From contig OZ024742.1 in assembly GCA_964016885.1 (NCBI GenBank), forward strand, positions 43,090,001 to 43,154,000: a stretch of 64,000 nucleotides of DNA, in the 5' to 3' direction. The position numbers were made by a program, and so were the translations under genes. This document shows positions 63,781 to 64,000 of this stretch, one piece after another. The notes beneath the pieces are model-generated. The model did not search any database and was not told the origin of the DNA. It worked only from the letters and a program-made list of their open reading frames with translations. The first letter of the stretch is position 1; every line of letters begins with the position of its first letter. This stretch comes from Eledone cirrhosa (taxonomy: Eukaryota).

Positions 63781-64000
63781 GTAACCCTCTCTCTTACACA
63801 CTTCATTCCTCTCACTACTACCATCAAAAATCTATGAAACTACATGTTGCAACTCTCTCTCTATATATATATCACACACACACACACACACACACATTTA
63901 CATCTAAAGAGAGAAAAGGAGATGTAGAGAGAGAGAGAGTGAGATAGGTCGTTATACAGAGAGAGGTACAAGATAATCAGACAGAGAGAGAGAGAGAGAA

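Noticed and set aside
63790-63810. Possible CBR start exon ATGAAGTGT|GTAAGA on the minus strand
   Set aside because: It lies in Helitron/microsatellite DNA and does not resemble the expected N-terminal strand before VTG; the true first exon is probably outside the window.

Overview
Eukaryotic, AT-rich, repeat-dense DNA. The SINE/LINE repertoire suggests a mollusc, probably an octopus (inference). One host gene is present: a carbonyl reductase (CBR1-like SDR) on the minus strand, with 7 coding exons visible (61661 to 43130; 807 nt, 268 aa plus stop, all GT-AG and phase-consistent); its first short exon is probably beyond the window end. A 60-bp minisatellite fills 1-10382 and recurs in inverted orientation inside a CBR intron (about 59430-60825). 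An orphan plus-strand CBR exon with a dead acceptor at 15773-15836 points to an inverted, decayed paralogue. The centre (21367-35190) is a head-to-tail chain of three Tx1-clade LINEs from two subfamilies joined by (AAT)n spacers, and a fourth copy (12910-14766) also sits in (AAT)n. This looks like a microsatellite-targeting, self-chaining LINE system, with a structured 5' leader, a shared ORF1 poly-C frameshift and a conserved splice-donor motif. The rest is R4/Dong, RTE (with a PHD-like finger inside RT), CR1, CRE and Penelope fragments, a Rep-less Helitron, a 1.9-kb non-autonomous LTR element, SINEs and TTAA MITEs. All family assignments come from motif recognition by eye, not database searches.
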